NCBI GenBank assembly: GCA_964634005.1
Contig: CAZWKQ010000005.1
Location: 40,655-104,654 of the forward strand
Length of the DNA: 64,000 nt
Direction: 5' to 3'
Source of the DNA: an uncultured Bacteroides sp.
Lineage (GTDB): Bacteria; Bacteroidota; Bacteroidia; Bacteroidales; JACABE01
The notes beneath the pieces were generated by a model. That model saw only the letters and a list, made by a program, of their open reading frames with translations. It did not search any database and was not told the origin of the DNA. This document shows, in pieces, positions 25,520-35,563 of the stretch (positions are counted from its first letter, which is position 1; each line of letters opens with the position of its first letter). The position numbers were made by a program, and so were the translations under genes.

Positions 25520-28500
25520 TTACGGTTCGATTGCTCCTATAAAGTTGTTATTATTTGTTTCAACAATTGACATGTCAGAACCATCAACAATGCCATCACC
25601 GTTAACATCTGCAACTATATATCCAGAAGCAAAATTATTATTTTCTAACTCAATATCAGACATATCACTACCATCAACTAATCCATCTTGATTTACATCA
25701 CCTACATATATCGCGTAAACGCCGGTTGCAACTTCTTTCAGATTATCGCCATAAGCAGATGAAGCAGAATTAGTAAAGTTGTAATTGATTACCGAACCAG
25801 TAAATGACAGAGGAACTGAGCTCCAAGTTTGAATACTGTTTCGATGTTTAACTACTATGTAATAAGCATCGCCTAAAGTAGATGGTATTGTTATTGAACA
25901 CAAACCATTTGTAGAAAGCAATTGACCGGTGAATGAAGCAGCTGTTACAGAAGGATCTAAAGCATTTCTGAGCTCAACTGTTATTTGATCTGCAATGTTA
26001 GAACCAAAATGATCTCCCATATCATCTTGAACAGGGTTCATATTTACTCCATTAAACAGACCTTCTAGGAAAACTGTAATATTAAGTGTCTTACTTGCTA
26101 AATATTCATCAGCACCTATTGTTGGTAATGGTCCTCTTGCTTGTCCGTCAATATCATCAGTTACTTCGGGAACACTTGTTCCTTTTTCAGTTAATGCAAT
26201 ATTATTAATATGTAAATCCATAATTGAATCAGTAAATTGAGGATACACATTAATAGAGAATGCATCTCTGCCACTTGCTGCTTGATAAGCTGCCAATGTA
26301 GCTCTTGCACTTGTCCAATATGCTATATTTGCTCCTGTAGTAAATAAACAGTTGTAATTGCTCGAATCAAGTATTGTACTGCTGAAATATACAGCATAAC
26401 CACCACCGGTATTCGAGAATACGTTATTCAATAATTGCATACCTGTTGTAGTTCCAGTTTGATAATAGCCATAATTTGTCGTGCTGCCTTTAGTAATACT
26501 TATACTATTATTATAGAATTTAGTATATTTTGTATTGCTGTTATAAATAGCATAAACACTTCCTGTTCCAACAGATTGAGCTACAAAATTATTTGCAATT
26601 AAACTATTTCCGGTAGAGGAATTATTATAATACAGATACATACCATAACAAGTACTTGTACCCCTCAGATAAATTTGATTTTTAGAAATAATAACATTAT
26701 CGTTGTAATAAGAGCTCAAACCATATTGAGTAGAAGCAGTGGTTCTATTTAACAAATAATTACCCTCTATTATTGTATTATTTTGATAATAAGAATAAAT
26801 ACCGTAATAGAAGAAGTCAATTATTCTGTTATTTCTGATAATATTATTTGATTCTTTAACAGTAGAACTGGTTCCTGATAAATATACTCCATAATAACCA
26901 TTTCGTATAACATTGTTTTCGATAACCATATTGCTATCAATACCGGTAGCTGAATAAATACCCGCAGTTGTAGATGCAGTACCTGTTAGTGAACTTTCAA
27001 TAATATTATTAGCAATTCTCACGAAATTGGTACCACCTAGCATATCAATTGCTCTTCCGTATGTTACACCTCTGTTTTGTATTGTTAGATGTTTTAAAGT
27101 AACATAATCTGCACCATTTAATCTTATAACATAATTATCTGTAGAAGTCAAAGAAGAATCGCTGATTACTACAGATGTACTGTCGAGGTTCTGAGACTGG
27201 AATGTAATTGTTTTATTTGCTGCTACTCCCTCAACATGGTTGATTATTAGTTTCTCATTGTAGATTCCGGGGAGAATATTAAATACGACATTTCCACTTA
27301 TTCCAACTGTATTCAGCACATTTACCGCTGAATTGATTGTAGGAAAGTCTCCGCCAGTTCCTATTGTATATGAACCGTTTAAGCTCACAATAATTGTACC
27401 TGTGGCAGTATCATTTATTGCATAATTATCAACAGAACCATTAGGATTATATGGCCATGCTTTAATTGATAATATTCCTGAATTTGTCAGTAGTTTATTA
27501 GCAATAGTAACTTCACCGCTAACATTTCCTTGGGTAATGTTTCCTGTCCAAGAGTATGGAGTTTGTAATGCTCCGTTTATTGACCAGCCAATCATTACAG
27601 ATGTAAGATTTGCAGAACCGTAATTTTTAATCTTAACTTTAATAGGAACTGTTGAGCCTGCACTTACAGAAGTTGTCGGAAGAATAAGTGTATCAACACC
27701 TGCATCATTTGCTGGTATATTGGAAATATTAACTTGTAACGGAACTCTATTGCTCTCACAAGTACTTGCAGTTCCTGTTGTTACTATCCAGTTATAAGCA
27801 TTATACCAGTAGTTTTGTCCCGAAGAAAAAGTATTACCGGTTATAGAAATTACATTAGGAACAGTATAAGGATAAACGGCACCTGCAGAATTTCTGAAAA
27901 AGCTTGGACCAGAAGTATATCCTAATCGGTAGCCTGTACCTTGAGGAATATCGAAGTTTAGAGTTACAGTTTCAGGTAGGCTGCTTCCAACAGTAGTTGT
28001 ACCATTGTAAGAACGAATTACATTTCCGCCTGCATCTTTTATTACTAATACATAAGCAGAACCTGATGTAGCAGGATATATTTTTACTGATTTTAAAGTT
28101 ATTCCACCAGGTGCTAATACATCAAATACCTGATCATAAGAAGTAGCTCCAATGGTTCCGCCGGCACCTATAGTACTGTCTGCCGGTCCGACTTGATACT
28201 GATTAAAAGTATTTTTTGATGAAGCTAAATAATATGTCTTGTGATTGAATAATATTGGAGTGGTATAAGTACTGCCAAGTTTCAATGGAACAGTATCATT
28301 AAGTGCATTGTACCATCTGATACTATCTGTTGAAGTTGCAGATAATGTAGTTGATGTTGCATAAGGTATAGAAACTGGGCTAACAAATGTAGGAGCAGGT
28401 GGAGTATAACCGGATGTAACACTCTTTGAAAGAGTATCGTTTATACGCAAAGGATCGTTTATCAAATCTGTCCAAGCTGTAATTAAATAATTAACATCAG

Positions 28501-31500
28501 CTGTAGGAGCAGGTAAGTTAGCTTGTGTACTAAAAGTAAAGTTTACAGAACCTTGTGCAGGAATATCTAAATTTACATTCTGAGTAACAACTGTACCATT
28601 ATCAATTCTATAGCTTGCAGTTAAACTATTTTGAGAAGCTAAAATTGGTTGTGAACCTTCATTTTTAATTTTAATAGTAACACTTTGATTATTTAATGCA
28701 CAGCCTGATGATGGATTAACAATCTGGACAACTGAAGCATCCTTAGTTGCAGGATCACCTACAACTGCAGCTATCATAAACCTTCCCCATGTTAGAGACT
28801 CAACAGGAGTAAAACCAGTTAAACCACTGCTGTAATAATAAGCACCTCTTCTGGTCGGTGTTTCAGCCTGGCATGATATTGGATAATAAGCTGCAGCATT
28901 TGCTACTTGAGCAATACCAACATAAACAAAATTATTTGTTGTAGAAGTTGATGATGGATGTAAGAAATCAAAAGTTACCCATGTGTTTAAATCACTTGAA
29001 GTTATAGTTTTTCTGAAAGAAGTATCCATTAAAACTCCATTATTGTTGAAAATTACTCCATAAAGTGATTTTCCGACAGTAGCACTATTAGTTATAAATA
29101 CTTTGGTTGAATATATTTGTTTAGTACCATTAATAGTGTATTTATTTACAAAATACCCTGCATTTGTTCCAAAGCCTATACTTGTTGCAACAATTGCGGT
29201 ATCAGAATAGTTAAATGTATTATTTGTAACTTCTTGACGATAGTTCAGTTGGTTATTAGTGTTTACCTCATCATTTGGAACAGATACTTTTACATTATTT
29301 AAGCCTAATGCAGTTGGAGTAAAGCCATTAAATATTACTGTATCAACTGCACCGGATGCTAAACTTGCAATTGTTTTAACATTTGTGAATGTATTAGCTC
29401 CTGTAATATTAAGTGTTACGTTAATATTAGACTGAGCATTTGTACCATTATTTTCTATTAATGCACTAACAAAATGAGGTGCTCCAGTTTGTAATGGTAA
29501 TTGACCAAGTGTATAAAGAGCTTTAACTTTAATATCATTAGAAGGAATTATAAACTCATCTGCTCCTATACAAGGATTTACTCCTCTTAAATCTCCGTCT
29601 ATATCATCATTAATTCCTGATATTTGTACTCCGGCATTAAGTAATTGCATATTATTAACAACATGCAAATCATTATTAGCTGCAAATAAAGGATTTACAT
29701 TTTTAGAATTTGCATCCTGAGTTGAAGAAGCCTGCCAATCGGCAAGTGTTGCCTTATCAGCACCGTAAAATCCTAATACACCATAAGTACCACTTACGAA
29801 ATAATTATTGTAATTAATATTTGCAAATGAAACTCCACTTACAACATAAGCTGCATAGCTCTTTGATCCGCTTACAGAGAAATTAGTAGAGTTTGCAAAA
29901 ATATTATTTCTTACATCCATACCGGTTGCTGTTGTTACTGTAACAACAAGAGCGGCCGACATACCTGCAGAGCTACCGGTTGTTACATTGCCATATAAAT
30001 TTATTGAGTTAAAATAAATTTTATGATTAGTTCCACCTGTAACTCTGATACCGAATGCATTGTAAATAGTACTTGATGTAGAGTAATTAACAGTTATCAG
30101 GTCATAAATCATATTATTTACTATGTTAATATTGCTTGTTGATGTTGAAGAGATATTGATACCGAACGCTCCATATCCTGATGATGATGTGGAATATATA
30201 CCATAAATTTTGTTCTTACTTATAACAGCATCAGTAACATTTGCGCCTAAATCGATACCGGCAATATTAATAGAAGAAGATGTTTTTAGATTAAAGATTG
30301 TATTCTTTTCAACTAAAGGTGCTGTGGTATTACTCAAAGCAACTCCTCTGAAAATAACATAGTCATTTGCATTTTCAGATCCTACAACATTGCCTGAAAT
30401 TGTTAATCCGGTTAAAAGACCGGTTGAAGCAACTCCTGATGCATAAATACCATAATAAGTCCTTTGGATAGTATTATTCTGAATAGTTAAGTTGTTATTA
30501 TCGGCACCTGTTCCTGATGTAGAAATACTTGTTCCTCCGACATAAATACCGAATGTTGAAGTTACTGTATTACTACCGGCTTTGATAATACAATTCTTTA
30601 TTATATTGTTAGTAGCACCTAAACCGGCTCCAAGACTTGAAACCCAAATAGCGGCAGTGTTAGTTGAAGTTGAAGTATTTTCTATTGTAAGACTGTTACC
30701 TCCACTGTTTAAACCGTCTATTATAAGATTTTTATTTCCGTTTAGTTTTATCAAAGCACTTGCAATATTACCGGTTATTACTCTTGCCCCTTGCGGTTGT
30801 ATTATTAATGTATAGTTACTGTTAGCAGGATATTCATTCCAAGAATTAATTGAAACTGTTGCAGTTTCTGTTATATCACTTATAATTTTTGCAGTAACAT
30901 TTCCCATTAGACCTAATTGATTAACATCTGCGAAAAATGCCGATAATGTTGAATAATCACCTCCTGTACCTATCTGATAAATACCACTTAAAGGAGTTCT
31001 GATTGTCCTTGTACCATTAGGAGCACCATTAACCGGTTGGTAATTGTTACCATTAATATTAACATCAACAACTTCAGCATCTACAACATTTAAATTAGTA
31101 GCTGAGGAGTTAATATTATAGGTCAACCAAAAATAATTTATACCTGTATTTAAAGTAACCGGCAAACCGGTTCCTGTATTAATTTGGAATAAATTATTAG
31201 GGTTGTTGTAAGTATTGCCAATCTGTGTAGCATTAGCAAAATTGTTTACATTTCCCGAACTCCACAATTTAGCATTTTCGATGTCATTTAGAGGGTTAGA
31301 ACTTCCATTAGTATTAAAAGTAATACCTTCTAAACTTAGTGGGTTAAGAGAATTACTTGTATGTACAGCTATTCTTAGTATAACATTATTTGCAGAACCT
31401 GTAGCTACCGATGCTAAAACAGGATGAGTTACTGTTATTGAATCCAATACCATAGTTGATGGAGTAAATTCATCTGCTCCCATATCGGTAGGATTATTCC

Positions 31501-33925
31501 TCAATTGACTGTCAATATCATCCGGAACTTCGGGCAACTGCATACATGAGCCGTTTAAAGCCATTTCTGAAATATGCAAGTCTGTTGATGAAATAAATGC
31601 AGGATTTACTGAAATTGAATTTGCATCTTTTCCGGTTGTTGATTTCCAAGTATTTAAGTTATTTACAACAGCTGCAGTATTATAATACCCAATATTTGTT
31701 CCTGTTGAAAATATATCGTTATAATCCATAGTAGTTATATAACCAAGTGTAACAGCTCCCGATGTAATATAAACAGCATATCCGCCATTAGTATTAGCAA
31801 AAATATTATTTCTAACATCTACATTGCCATACGTTCCTGAAGTAGCAGATGTTGCATAAAAAGCAACACCGCCTGTTGCAGATCCTGCAGCAATATTTAC
31901 ACTGTTATGATATATTTTCTGATAATTTCCATAATTTGAGTAAAGACCGTAAGCAGTTCCGGTTGATTGAGTAATAGTTACGAAATTATTAGCAATAAGA
32001 ATTTCTTGTCCTGCTATACCATCACAATAATAAGGATATAAAGCATAAGTTGTTGAAGTACCTCTTGCATGAATTTTATTGCTTAAAACTGTTGTGATAT
32101 TGTCACAATAAGCAAGATAAACGCCATACTCCGTTGCATTTACTCCTCTACCTGTTACTGTATTTTTTTCAACTTTAATGCCATCTTGTGCATATAAATA
32201 CACTCCGTAATTGTTCCAGTCAACAATAGTGTTATTGATTATTTTATTACCTGTTTCCAATGCAGTAGTTGAACCACCATAGATATATAATCCGTAGGAA
32301 CCATATTGAATATAATTATTCTGAATGGTCAGGTTATTACACATGTTCGCGGTACCTGATTGAAAATAGATGGCTGAATAAGCAGTTCCGGTTGTTGTTC
32401 CGGTAAATCCAATAATTCTGTTTCCAAGTAATGTTATATACTCACTCATTCCTATACCATTAACGACACAAGCATAAGAACCAATTGTACCTGTTAATTG
32501 AATAGTAATATTCTTAACTGTAGTATAATCAGCACCATCAAACTGTAGAACATAGTTTGCTGATGAAGTTGGAGTGGCCTGCAGTATAACATCATTAGGA
32601 TTTCCGGTTAAAGACTGAAATAATACCGGATTAGAAACAGAAACACCGGGAAACTGAGTTAAATTCACCTGCTCGGTATAGGTTCCGGATGCAATATTGA
32701 AAGTAACGCCACCTGTTCCTACACCGACAGAATTCAACGCCGCCAAAGCATCGGCAAAAGTTTGGAAGTTATTTCCTGATGTAGGAAGTGCTGAATTAAT
32801 TGTTTTAACACCTGTTAATGGATACCTTACAATTCTTCCCGGACCGGGATTTGTAACAGTAGGTATTTTTGTTCCTGCGCCTGTTAAAGTAAATGTCGTA
32901 CATTCAGCATCTAATACATTTCCATCGGCGGTACCAGGTGCAACATCATAAGTCAACCAAAAATAATTGCTCCCGCTTGCCAAAGTATTATTTGTTGTTG
33001 GGGTAAAAGTAAAAGAACCGCTTGGATTTAAAATATCACTGCCTAATTGAACTGCATTAGAAAAAGTCGGAGAATTTGTATAAAATAATTGAGCCTTAGC
33101 AATATTTGAAGTGTTTGTTGTTCCATTTGTATTGAATGTTACAGATGTTAAACTGAATGGTGATTGATTACCAGTAACATTAACCTTTAGTGCAGCTATA
33201 ACCTGTTGAGTTTGAACACCCATAATTGGCGAAGTTATTGGCTGTATTGTAGTAGCTGAATCATAAACCATAGGTTGATTAGGCATTGTATACCATATTT
33301 GAATATTCGGACGATGTTTATATCCAGCAACAGAACCATTTAAAGTTGCAGCAGGAGTAGTTGATGTAGAAGTACCACCAATAATGTAATCTGCGGTAGG
33401 AGTTGAATATTGCCATTTAAAAGCATCAGTAGGCTTTGTTCCTGAACCAACATACCATAAGAAAGCTATTTCTAAGTTTCCGCCTGTATAAGTAAAAGGA
33501 TTAATTGGAAATTCAATCCATCCTATAGTCGAAGGAACTGTTTGGGCACTATTATCATACACCAACGTATGTCCGGCAGTAATTGATGCCCATGTTGTTG
33601 AAGTAGAAAGAGGTGGTGTTAATGAACTGTTTTTCATATAGATTTTAAAAGAGCCATTAGCCGTAGTTGCGGCATTATTGGTCTTATAAAAAGCTAACTT
33701 AGAAATTATCGCTCCGGTTGTTATACCAACAGCGGCCAATTCCGACTGTGTGTAAAGAATATCTGAATTTATTGTTAAAGTAGTTGATGTGCTACTATAA
33801 CAATAAATAGGCGCATACAAAGTATTTGCAGGAACTTCCGTACCTATCCCTATCTGCACCTGCGCATTTAGAAAAGTTACTCCCGTAAAAAGTAACATAA
33901 ACAAAAAGATAATTTTCTTTCTCAT
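25520..33925 (-). CDS. Giant (about 2800 aa) secreted right-handed beta-helix adhesin-like protein with a C-terminal dockerin-like module.
   Basis: The signal peptide MRKKIIFLFMLLFTGVTFLNAQ begins at 33925 (the ORF track begins at 34027). Three blocks of parallel-beta-helix-like repeats (N..I.NN.I...YG(I/V)Y) are present, each preceded by a G.Y.IG.GGD(F/Y)...... segment. The C-terminus carries the 188-aa shared module. Confidence 0.85.
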   Translation of the reverse strand: MRKKIIFLFMLLFTGVTFLNAQVQIGIGTEVPANTLYAPIYCYSSTSTTLTINSDILYTQSELAAVGITTGAIISKLAFYKTNNAATTANGSFKIYMKNSSLTPPLSTSTTWASITAGHTLVYDNSAQTVPSTIGWIEFPINPFTYTGGNLEIAFLWYVGSGTKPTDAFKWQYSTPTADYIIGGTSTSTTPAATLNGSVAGYKHRPNIQIWYTMPNQPMVYDSATTIQPITSPIMGVQTQQVIAALKVNVTGNQSPFSLTSVTFNTNGTTNTSNIAKAQLFYTNSPTFSNAVQLGSDILNPSGSFTFTPTTNNTLASGSNYFWLTYDVAPGTADGNVLDAECTTFTLTGAGTKIPTVTNPGPGRIVRYPLTGVKTINSALPTSGNNFQTFADALAALNSVGVGTGGVTFNIASGTYTEQVNLTQFPGVSVSNPVLFQSLTGNPNDVILQATPTSSANYVLQFDGADYTTVKNITIQLTGTIGSYACVVNGIGMSEYITLLGNRIIGFTGTTTGTAYSAIYFQSGTANMCNNLTIQNNYIQYGSYGLYIYGGSTTALETGNKIINNTIVDWNNYGVYLYAQDGIKVEKNTVTGRGVNATEYGVYLAYCDNITTVLSNKIHARGTSTTYALYPYYCDGIAGQEILIANNFVTITQSTGTAYGLYSNYGNYQKIYHNSVNIAAGSATGGVAFYATSATSGTYGNVDVRNNIFANTNGGYAVYITSGAVTLGYITTMDYNDIFSTGTNIGYYNTAAVVNNLNTWKSTTGKDANSISVNPAFISSTDLHISEMALNGSCMQLPEVPDDIDSQLRNNPTDMGADEFTPSTMVLDSITVTHPVLASVATGSANNVILRIAVHTSNSLNPLSLEGITFNTNGSSNPLNDIENAKLWSSGNVNNFANATQIGNTYNNPNNLFQINTGTGLPVTLNTGINYFWLTYNINSSATNLNVVDAEVVDVNINGNNYQPVNGAPNGTRTIRTPLSGIYQIGTGGDYSTLSAFFADVNQLGLMGNVTAKIISDITETATVSINSWNEYPANSNYTLIIQPQGARVITGNIASALIKLNGNKNLIIDGLNSGGNSLTIENTSTSTNTAAIWVSSLGAGLGATNNIIKNCIIKAGSNTVTSTFGIYVGGTSISTSGTGADNNNLTIQNNTIQRTYYGIYASGVASTGLLTGLTISGNVVGSENANDYVIFRGVALSNTTAPLVEKNTIFNLKTSSSINIAGIDLGANVTDAVISKNKIYGIYSTSSSGYGAFGINISSTSTSNINIVNNMIYDLITVNYSTSSTIYNAFGIRVTGGTNHKIYFNSINLYGNVTTGSSAGMSAALVVTVTTATGMDVRNNIFANSTNFSVSGSKSYAAYVVSGVSFANINYNNYFVSGTYGVLGFYGADKATLADWQASSTQDANSKNVNPLFAANNDLHVVNNMQLLNAGVQISGINDDIDGDLRGVNPCIGADEFIIPSNDIKVKALYTLGQLPLQTGAPHFVSALIENNGTNAQSNINVTLNITGANTFTNVKTIASLASGAVDTVIFNGFTPTALGLNNVKVSVPNDEVNTNNQLNYRQEVTNNTFNYSDTAIVATSIGFGTNAGYFVNKYTINGTKQIYSTKVFITNSATVGKSLYGVIFNNNGVLMDTSFRKTITSSDLNTWVTFDFLHPSSTSTTNNFVYVGIAQVANAAAYYPISCQAETPTRRGAYYYSSGLTGFTPVESLTWGRFMIAAVVGDPATKDASVVQIVNPSSGCALNNQSVTIKIKNEGSQPILASQNSLTASYRIDNGTVVTQNVNLDIPAQGSVNFTFSTQANLPAPTADVNYLITAWTDLINDPLRINDTLSKSVTSGYTPPAPTFVSPVSIPYATSTTLSATSTDSIRWYNALNDTVPLKLGSTYTTPILFNHKTYYLASSKNTFNQYQVGPADSTIGAGGTIGATSYDQVFDVLAPGGITLKSVKIYPATSGSAYVLVIKDAGGNVIRSYNGTTTVGSSLPETVTLNFDIPQGTGYRLGYTSGPSFFRNSAGAVYPYTVPNVISITGNTFSSGQNYWYNAYNWIVTTGTASTCESNRVPLQVNISNIPANDAGVDTLILPTTSVSAGSTVPIKVKIKNYGSANLTSVMIGWSINGALQTPYSWTGNITQGNVSGEVTIANKLLTNSGILSIKAWPYNPNGSVDNYAINDTATGTIIVSLNGSYTIGTGGDFPTINSAVNVLNTVGISGNVVFNILPGIYNEKLIINHVEGVAANKTITFQSQNLDSTSVVISDSSLTSTDNYVIRLNGADYVTLKHLTIQNRGVTYGRAIDMLGGTNFVRIANNIIESSLTGTASTTAGIYSATGIDSNMVIENNVIRNGYYGVYLSGTSSTVKESNNIIRNNRIIDFFYYGIYSYYQNNTIIEGNYLLNRTTASTQYGLSSYYNDNVIISKNQIYLRGTSTCYGMYLYYNNSSTGNSLIANNFVAQSVGTGSVYAIYNSNTKYTKFYNNSISITKGSTTNYGYYQTGTTTGMQLLNNVFSNTGGGYAVYFSSTILDSSNYNCLFTTGANIAYWTSARATLAAYQAASGRDAFSINVYPQFTDSIMDLHINNIALTEKGTSVPEVTDDIDGQARGPLPTIGADEYLASKTLNITVFLEGLFNGVNMNPVQDDMGDHFGSNIADQITVELRNALDPSVTAASFTGQLLSTNGLCSITIPSTLGDAYYIVVKHRNSIQTWSSVPLSFTGSVINYNFTNSASSAYGDNLKEVATGVYAIYVGDVNQDGLVDGSDMSDIELENNNFASGYIVADVNGDGIVDGSDMSIVETNNNNFIGAIEP
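25523..26086 (-). other. 188-aa C-terminal module with a dockerin-like repeat pair. It is the paralog of 2774..3337.
   Basis: GDVNQDGLVDGSDMSDIE ... DVNGDGIVDGSDMSIVE. About 129/188 residues are identical to the gene-1 module by hand alignment. Confidence 0.7.
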
Positions 33926-34313
33926 AATAAAAAAATTGATTAATACTAAAATGTTTAAATTTAATTTAAATTCTATTTGATTAATTAAAAGCTCATTAAG
34001 AATAAAAAAATATTCTTTAGACCCCAAATTTTCAGCCTGTAAATATACTAAAAATTTTTACTAAATTTTAGTTTCTAAATTTTTTAACATTTTTTAATTC
34101 TTTTTTATAAATTTAGAAACTTAGAAACATCAAAAGAGCTATATGTTTTAATCATTCTAAAAATCAATAGTTGTTTTAGATGAAATTTATTAATTTGTCG
34201 AATAAAAATTGCAATTAGTCTATTTTAATAGGCAAATAAATATTTCAAATCCATACTTTTGCTTATCAAGTTAATTTTTTATTATTTTTGTTTTAATTTT
34301 AAGTAAAGAAACA

Positions 34314-34808
34314 ATGAAATATTTTAAAATTTCTCTTTTAATCTTATACATAATACTTTCTAAAACTTTAAATGCACAAAGCAAGAAAGATATAAGAAAT
34401 AATAAAATACAAACTTCAACATCAATAATTACTACTTTCGACAATGGGAATGAAGTAAGTTACAAAGATAACTATACCGTTTATGACAAAAACGGCAATA
34501 TTATTGAAGAAACTGAATATTTTAGTAATGGAACCATCAAGTTAAAAAAAAGCTACAAATACAATTCTGATAAAAATAAAACTGAAGAAACTGAATACGA
34601 CGGCAAAACAAAAAATACCATTAAAACTATTTTTTCATACAATTCAAATGGCTATAAAATTTCTGAGGTTGTATATGATGGTAATGGTAAGTTTTTAAGA
34701 AAAAGTATTTTTTTGTACGATAAAAACGGAATAAGAACTGAAAGGAAAACATTTGATGAAAACAATAAATTAATTTCAGTTAAAAAATACATTTATACTA
34801 AAAAATAA
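34314..34808 (+). CDS. Secreted hypothetical protein with short YD/MORN-like repeats.
   Basis: The signal peptide is MKYFKISLLILYIILSKTLNAQ. Repeated motifs include Y(D/N)KNGN...E..Y and YDGNGK. Its stop overlaps the next start (TAATG). Confidence 0.6.
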   Translation: MKYFKISLLILYIILSKTLNAQSKKDIRNNKIQTSTSIITTFDNGNEVSYKDNYTVYDKNGNIIEETEYFSNGTIKLKKSYKYNSDKNKTEETEYDGKTKNTIKTIFSYNSNGYKISEVVYDGNGKFLRKSIFLYDKNGIRTERKTFDENNKLISVKKYIYTKK

Positions 34809-35563
34809 TGCATTCATTCAAAAACATATTAAATGCATTTGAACCTATTTCGCTTGAACAAATGGATAATGTCAAGCTTTTAAATCGTTCTGATACAAAA
34901 TTTCTTTTTAGGATAGAACTTTTAGAAGAAATTTTAGAAAAGCTTAAAGATTATTTCTTTGTTCTTGATGTTAACGGAATCAGAGAAAATAATTATGAAA
35001 CTCTTTATTACGATACTTCAGATTTTAAATTCTACAATGATCATTTAAGAGGTAAAGCTAATAGAATAAAAGTCAGACACAGAATATATTCCGATTCGGG
35101 TCTTCAGTTTTTTGAAATAAAAAAGAAAAATAATAAAGGACGAACAATCAAAGAAAGGATTAAACTTAGTGAAATATATTATATTTTAAAAGGCAGACCT
35201 GATGAATATTTGTATGAAAAAACTCAAATAAAAGGTGAAGACTTAAAACCAATACTTTGGGGAAATTATACCAGAATAACTTTAGTCAACAAAACACAAC
35301 CTGAAAGACTTACTATCGATATTAACTTACATTTTAAAAACAATCAAAAAGAATATTCTATTCCTGATATTGTAATTGCGGAATTAAAACAAGACTTCAA
35401 TCACCGATCGATATTTAAAGAAATAATGATGCAATACCGAATTAAGGAGGTTTCAATAAGCAAATACTGTTTTGGCGTGATTAATCTTTACAATAACATA
35501 AAATGTAACGGGTTTAAAACAAAAATTTTAACTTTAAATAAATTGATTTATGCAAAAAATTAG
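34808..35563 (+). CDS. VTC-domain (polyphosphate-polymerase-like, CYTH superfamily) protein.
   Basis: RSDTKFLF, YYDT..F.FY..H..GK.NR.KVR.R.Y and FFEIKKKNNKGRT match the bacterial VTC-domain pattern as I remember it. Confidence 0.7.
   Translation: MHSFKNILNAFEPISLEQMDNVKLLNRSDTKFLFRIELLEEILEKLKDYFFVLDVNGIRENNYETLYYDTSDFKFYNDHLRGKANRIKVRHRIYSDSGLQFFEIKKKNNKGRTIKERIKLSEIYYILKGRPDEYLYEKTQIKGEDLKPILWGNYTRITLVNKTQPERLTIDINLHFKNNQKEYSIPDIVIAELKQDFNHRSIFKEIMMQYRIKEVSISKYCFGVINLYNNIKCNGFKTKILTLNKLIYAKN

Noticed and set aside
29117-32951. Plus-strand ORFs inside the giant minus-strand adhesin gene (29117..29302, 30582..30815, 31215..31427, 32697..32951).
   Set aside because: These are antisense shadows of a well-supported 2800-aa ORF.
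33926-34027. N-terminal extensions proposed by the ORF track for several genes. This is the giant adhesin one. The others are 16326..16445, 41561..41662, 58114..58173, 49833..49871, 51148..51189, 42865..42882 and 11854..11877.
   Set aside because: In each case an internal ATG gives a canonical signal peptide or a family-typical N-terminus. The extension would overlap a neighbouring gene, a terminator hairpin or a promoter box, and several extensions rely on TTG.
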